DNA of 39,935 nt from Candidatus Omnitrophota bacterium. Its GTDB lineage: Bacteria > Omnitrophota > Gorgyraeia > Gygaellales > UBA12090. This document shows, piece by piece, positions 38,682 through 39,935 of this stretch (the first letter of the stretch is position 1; the number at the start of each line of letters is the position of its first letter). The DNA lies in assembly GCA_023247895.1 (NCBI GenBank), contig JAHFFP010000003.1, forward strand, positions 3,084 through 43,018, given 5' to 3'. Under the pieces are notes generated by a model that was not told where the DNA came from, did no database searches, and saw only the letters and a program-made list of their open reading frames with translations. The position numbers and the translations under genes were made by a program.

Positions 38682-39935
38682 TCAATAACAGCCTATTTCG
38701 TTCACCGTGGCAAAGACATTTGTCCAGCCACTACAAGTAGGCTCGCATCCTAGAGTATCATACCAACAATCCTCTATTCCAGTATTACTCCAGGCGTGTG
38801 AACCTGTGGTGCAAGAACCGTTTGTGCAATTACAGGTAGGACCGAAACTTCTTGATGATGTAGCACTCCAATTATTATATTGGCACCAGCCGCTAGGGCA
38901 CGACCCCATGGTAAATCTACAAAATTTCATGCCCGTACCATCGTCTACCACATTCCCCCCTGCAGCAGCACAATTTGCTTCAGTATGTCCTCCGCAACCA
39001 ACGATACCGCCACTACAATTATTATACGTAGTAAATGAGGGGGTATAGCTCCTCACCCCTAAAGTTGTTTCATCCTGGTCAGCGCTTCCCCTTGAAACAC
39101 TTAGGTATGCTCCTGTAAGCATTGATTGCCACCGCAAAGCATCTGTTGCCAATGTCCTTGACTGTATACGAAAATATAGATACTCTCGCCTTACATAACT
39201 TCCCGCAGCATTGTATCCCCAGCCCCGGGCATTAAACTTTACTGAACGCGGCGACTCATTGCCATTTTCATCCACTTCACTATAAGTATATTCCTGTCCA
39301 TCTTTGCAGTATTCCCCCCCAACCCCTAAAGCACAGGCGGTGCATCGCCCGTCATAAATGTTATCTGTCCTGTCAAGAGTTATCCATTCATCAGTATCAA
39401 TACTCCCTCTCATTTGCACCCTTAAGGCCGTAGAATATTTTGACGTTGCGTCAATTACACCTCGATAATTCCACCTTAAGGTATAAAACCCATTGCCAAA
39501 ATCACGGATATCAATCCTCAAACATTCATTGTTTGTACACCCTATAGCGACAAAATCACTGCCATCTTTTTTCTTCTTACTCGATACTTGCACATTCCAA
39601 GGATTACCCTGATCGATATTTCGCCAGGATGTAGTGCTTGTGTCAAGCTTCAAATTCGTTGATTGCGCAAGGAAAATTTGGCCTAACCAGATACCCTTAT
39701 TTTCATTAAAACCTACCCAATCAGTGCCATCCCAATATTCAAAGGTATCTTGGTCAGTATTATACAACATCATCCCTTCCCCTGGAGAAGCAATATTATT
39801 ATCTCGCTGAGCCTGGGTTAACCGCGGAGGAAGGAATCCGCTAGTGGTTGAGTTTATGTCTAATTTTGCCTGGGGATTGGTAGTGCCTATACCTACGTTG
39901 CCGCTAGTGGTAGCAAGAGTGGTATTTCCTGTAGT
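38682..39935 (-). CDS. tail-fibre-like / surface protein with a Cys-rich C-terminal domain; N-terminus lies beyond the right edge
   Basis: The frame is open from 39935. rc(39774..39935) reads TTGNTTLATTSGNVGIGTTNPQAKLDINSTTSGFLPPRLTQAQRDNNIASPGEG and runs straight into MMLYNTDQDTFEYWDGTDWVGF, so the ORF-track ATG at 39773 is internal. I count 13 Cys in the last ~112 residues. Confidence 0.7.
   Translation of the reverse strand, partial: TTGNTTLATTSGNVGIGTTNPQAKLDINSTTSGFLPPRLTQAQRDNNIASPGEGMMLYNTDQDTFEYWDGTDWVGFNENKGIWLGQIFLAQSTNLKLDTSTTSWRNIDQGNPWNVQVSSKKKKDGSDFVAIGCTNNECLRIDIRDFGNGFYTLRWNYRGVIDATSKYSTALRVQMRGSIDTDEWITLDRTDNIYDGRCTACALGVGGEYCKDGQEYTYSEVDENGNESPRSVKFNARGWGYNAAGSYVRREYLYFRIQSRTLATDALRWQSMLTGAYLSVSRGSADQDETTLGVRSYTPSFTTYNNCSGGIVGCGGHTEANCAAAGGNVVDDGTGMKFCRFTMGSCPSGWCQYNNWSATSSRSFGPTCNCTNGSCTTGSHAWSNTGIEDCWYDTLGCEPTCSGWTNVFATVNEIGCY

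Overview
39.9-kb window in which all 36 convincing protein-coding genes lie on the minus strand. They are tightly packed, and many stop and start codons overlap or abut. The content is core housekeeping of a diderm, moderately AT-rich, probably uncultivated bacterium. In plus-coordinate order (transcription runs right to left): trmD (partial), tgt, queA, SpoIID-like, DUF2905, queH; ruvB, scpA, trpS; infB (split by a 1-nt frameshift), nusA, rimP; CpaF-like ATPase, proS, second CpaF-like ATPase; ispG, rseP, dxr, cdsA, uppS; GH57 branching enzyme, DUF4912; a small coiled-coil membrane protein and an OmpA-like lipoprotein; hppA; purA; an HMGL-family synthase, a secreted degenerate metallophosphatase/thioredoxin-like protein and a DUF1573-CcdA fusion; serA and a class-V aminotransferase; clpP, tig; lptB and an LptC/LptA-like protein; and a Cys-rich tail-fibre-like surface protein that runs off the right edge. 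I saw no rRNA, tRNA, CRISPR array, transposase, integrase or recognisable defence gene, and no clear-cut novel multi-gene system. What stands out: (1) short GC-rich or microsatellite repeat segments sit in frame inside tgt, queA and ispG, while nearly every intergenic spacer is a long hairpin built from 6-8-nt tandem units. (2) Two orphan CpaF/TadA-type secretion ATPase paralogs bracket proS inside an otherwise conserved housekeeping block. (3) A 362-nt multi-hairpin leader with a Shine-Dalgarno-driven 11-codon mini-ORF that forms a terminator-like hairpin lies upstream of DUF4912-GH57. (4) A secreted protein with degenerate catalytic motifs sits next to a DUF1573-CcdA fusion. (5) Several housekeeping proteins are domain-minimised: trigger factor lacks the PPIase domain and ProRS lacks the INS editing domain. 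(6) The partial surface protein has a very Cys-rich C-terminus. All functional calls rest on my reading of the translated ORFs and motifs; no database search was run.
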